Positions 41,901-44,487 of a DNA stretch of 44,487 nt are shown in pieces. The notes beneath the pieces are model-generated. The model made no database searches. It worked only from the letters and a program-made list of their open reading frames with translations, and was not told the origin of the DNA. The translations under genes and the position numbers were made by a program. The stretch comes from Trichinella spiralis. Lineage: Eukaryota. Each line of letters begins with the position of its first letter. Position 1 is the first letter of the stretch. The stretch lies in assembly GCF_000181795.1 (NCBI RefSeq), contig NW_003526941.1, positions 10,594,851 through 10,639,337 of the forward strand. Reading direction: 5' to 3'.

Positions 41901-42368
41901 CTGCTTTTATGGATCGCATTTCCACAGATTGTGAGCAGCATGTTTTCATTTCAGACGATACCTCTGTTCAGGTTTGTCGATGATTTCACAGTTGCTTTGC
42001 TTTGTCTTTCTTTTTTGAAAGCAAATGATAAATTCAATTTTATAAATTTTCCAAAAATATAACATCAAGCATAATTACCAATTTTGAATTATGTAATTAC
42101 AAAAGATGATCGTTTCAAGTGCAGAATTATCAACAAATAGCTTTTGTTTATTTACATTTTCAAAAGTATTATTAAATTTTTTGTTATTAAAATGCAATAT
42201 TTAAAATTTTAGCATCACTGCAGTAAGAAATAATGTTATTTTAGAATAGAATTCTTTCTGATTCGGTCAACTGTATATTGAGTAATGGCATTACTGAAAA
42301 GAAGAATTTGGAAACATGTGAGAAAAACAAAAGAAAATAAATATATTAAAAGAGAATTGCAGTTGCAA

Positions 42369-42401
<33 letters not shown>

Positions 42402-42632
42402 AATTTTTATACTTATATTTTTTAAGGTTCTGAATCCAATTCAGAAAATATAGCTGAACAATTGGCAGCAGTGAGCAGTAGTGTGCTCGCGCTTGTCAAC
42501 CCTTATGAACAAGAAGAAGAAGAAGAAGACGACGAAGAAGATGTGGCGAATGCTCACATGTCTGCAGATGAAGAAAAATCTACTCAAGGTTGTTTATCAG
42601 CATCGGATTCTGAAATCAACGAACTATTGTAA
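38905..42632 (+). CDS. hmbx-1: HNF-class homeobox protein, HMBOX1/hmbx-1-like
   Basis: N-terminal LFSVEQVDLVRRIRQTGITIEQIVQ|IYEAL; POU-like IREFVSRCQVRQQTIAQMTGISQPYVSKFL...MFSWF; homeodomain RRERFVFKQAHIDVLERFFNEEPYPNMLKREEIASACN-(insert)-VTEHIVANWFSNRRKE; C-terminal EQLAAVSSSVLAL. Exons ~38905-38997, 40590-40945, 41104-41309, 41382-41585, 41668-41751, one or more uncertain exons, 42427-42632. Confidence 0.85.
39943..39972. repeat. (TAT)n microsatellite in an hmbx-1-like intron
   Basis: About 9-10 TAT units, one imperfect. Confidence 0.85.
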
Positions 42633-44487
42633 AAAAGAAATATGGAAAACGTCGTTCCATTTACAGTAATAATTTAATTGGCTACAAAATTTTTTATTTA
42701 TACCTTTTTTGTTTATCAAAATTACATTGAATTTTGTAGCTAATTACTGAACTCACAATTAACTTATTATTTGAGAAGAATTGAAGTTTGTCATTTGTGA
42801 AATTTTACTTCACCTTCTATCACTGTCAATTAATTTTTCACGCTGAAAATTCATTCCCATATTGCATTGCACTTTTGTGCTGTTTATCTTTTATATTCCA
42901 CTTTTGCAGTTGTTCCTATTTTACAGTTAGTTTTCGGGTAAGCCTAATGTTCAGGCTGGATGACTGAATTGTGGAACAATTTCTGTTTACCGTTGACGAT
43001 TACGCTGCAAAAAAGATATATTCATATATTATAATAAATATCATCGTAAAATCATTATAAATAATATCATCGTAAAAAAATGAACAACCTTTTCTTTGGC
43101 ATCTTTCTTACCTACAGTGCACGCATGTGCTGCATGTGAATTTGTTTCTGCTCTTATGAATAATTGTTATTCAGTTTTCTTCCTCTGATATTATTTTTAG
43201 TATATTTATCTGAAACAAATATTTGCTTCCCTAAAAGGGACGTGTACGTATCAGTGTGGTTGGAAAATAATGATCTTTACTATTAGAGATTTAAAGCTTA
43301 ACAACAAACTTTGTGGAATTTTTTCATTGGCAACATTCATGGGTAGAAGAAAAAGTTCATTTCTAATCGGCTGTGAAAATATGAATAGAAAATTCGCTGA
43401 TCGCAAAACAAATTTTAACAACATCCAAATCGAAACGTGAAGCACAAGCCTGCAATTTTGAAATTATTATTTCTGAAATTTGAAATTCTTTTTTGTAAAG
43501 TTGTCAACATTTTTTGATAATTTATCCTCAGCAAAATTAAAAAACATTTCATGTATTCTATAGGTAAACGAGCGTTGTTCAACCACACTTATGCAAGCAT
43601 AAGCGCAGCTGGTAGCTTTAACACGTCAACAACTTTTAAAGCACTTTAACAATACTACTACTACTCAACAAGCAATAAGTAATAATCTTGAATCATCATT
43701 AAATTTCACTTTCTCATTTCCATTGTTAATTGCGGTGCCTGTTGCACAAACAGACGCTATTAAATTTCAACTCTTTACTGTCTCGACATTATTTTCAAAA
43801 AACTTTTATTATAAATGTAACAGATATTATTGAAATTTATTTAGAAAAAATACTTAGAAATTAGCCCCTGCGTGTATTATGTTAACAAAAAACAATTTCA
43901 GTATTACAGCTTCTGTTCTACTGCACTGTAAAAATGAAATTGCAGGTATGAAATTTGTAATTAAAAGTACTGTATTATACAGTATATTGATAGCCAGATC
44001 ACCGATAAGAAGGTTGCAAAGTAACAGACCAATCAGAGAAAAGCAATGCGGTGTGTGGCCTTGGTTGATTTTTCATTCGATTTAGCGTTGCGCAACAAAA
44101 TTACAAGTGAAAGAAACTACATCGAGGTAAAATTTGAACTTTAGGATATTTTTTTTGATTTTTATGAAATAATGCATGTATATTTTTTATTTAAGTATTT
44201 GATAATTTTTTACTTTAATGTGCACTGATATTTGAAAAACATGTAAAACAGAATTCTTATTTTTTTATAGTTAATTTAGTTGTTTAGAAACATTGATATT
44301 CAAATTGGCTATTTTGCGAAGAAATGTACATTTAACTGTAGAATAGGGTGAAGTTTTCAATTTGGACTTGTGCTTTATTTTTAAATTTCTTGTGACCGGA
44401 CAGATCAAATAGAGTACTGAGCACACAATGTTCACTGTATGCAAATCAGAAAAAATCACTTTTCATGCGAAAATTTTACTTTATTCC

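Noticed and set aside
43030..43080. Short tandem duplication AATATCATCGTAAAA x2 (similarly ATTTTGCAAGATTA x2 near 36113-36146)
   Set aside because: Two-copy local slippage duplications with no enclosed element; not evidence of an array or insertion.

Overview
AT-rich eukaryotic genomic DNA with short (~40-90 nt) GT-AG introns and TTTCAG/TTTTAG acceptors, most consistent with a nematode, probably clade I (Trichinella-like; inference). Splicing exons by eye gives ten protein-coding genes: (1) the 3' end of a Nudel-like mosaic protein (LDLa repeats, SRCR-like domain, catalytically dead trypsin domain, terminal LDLa); (2) a 14-kb minus-strand E93/Mblk-1/MBR-1/LCORL-family two-pipsqueak-HTH transcription factor whose conserved N-terminus lies in small exons the ORF track misses; (3) an ASAP-type ArfGAP; (4-6) intronless eIF6, TMEM203 and a solitary, divergent histone H4 with a poly(A) signal and no stem-loop; (7) UFL1; (8) an unannotated 4-exon, 98-aa acidic secreted orphan; (9) a GT43 glucuronosyltransferase; (10) an HMBOX1/hmbx-1 homeobox gene. 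I saw no rRNA, tRNA, CRISPR or recognisable transposon. The best leads are the orphan secreted protein, the Cys4 N-terminal domain of the E93-like factor, the pseudo-protease, the replacement-type H4 next to UFL1 and eIF6, and a GC-rich palindromic intronic element. All family assignments come from recalled motifs, not database searches.
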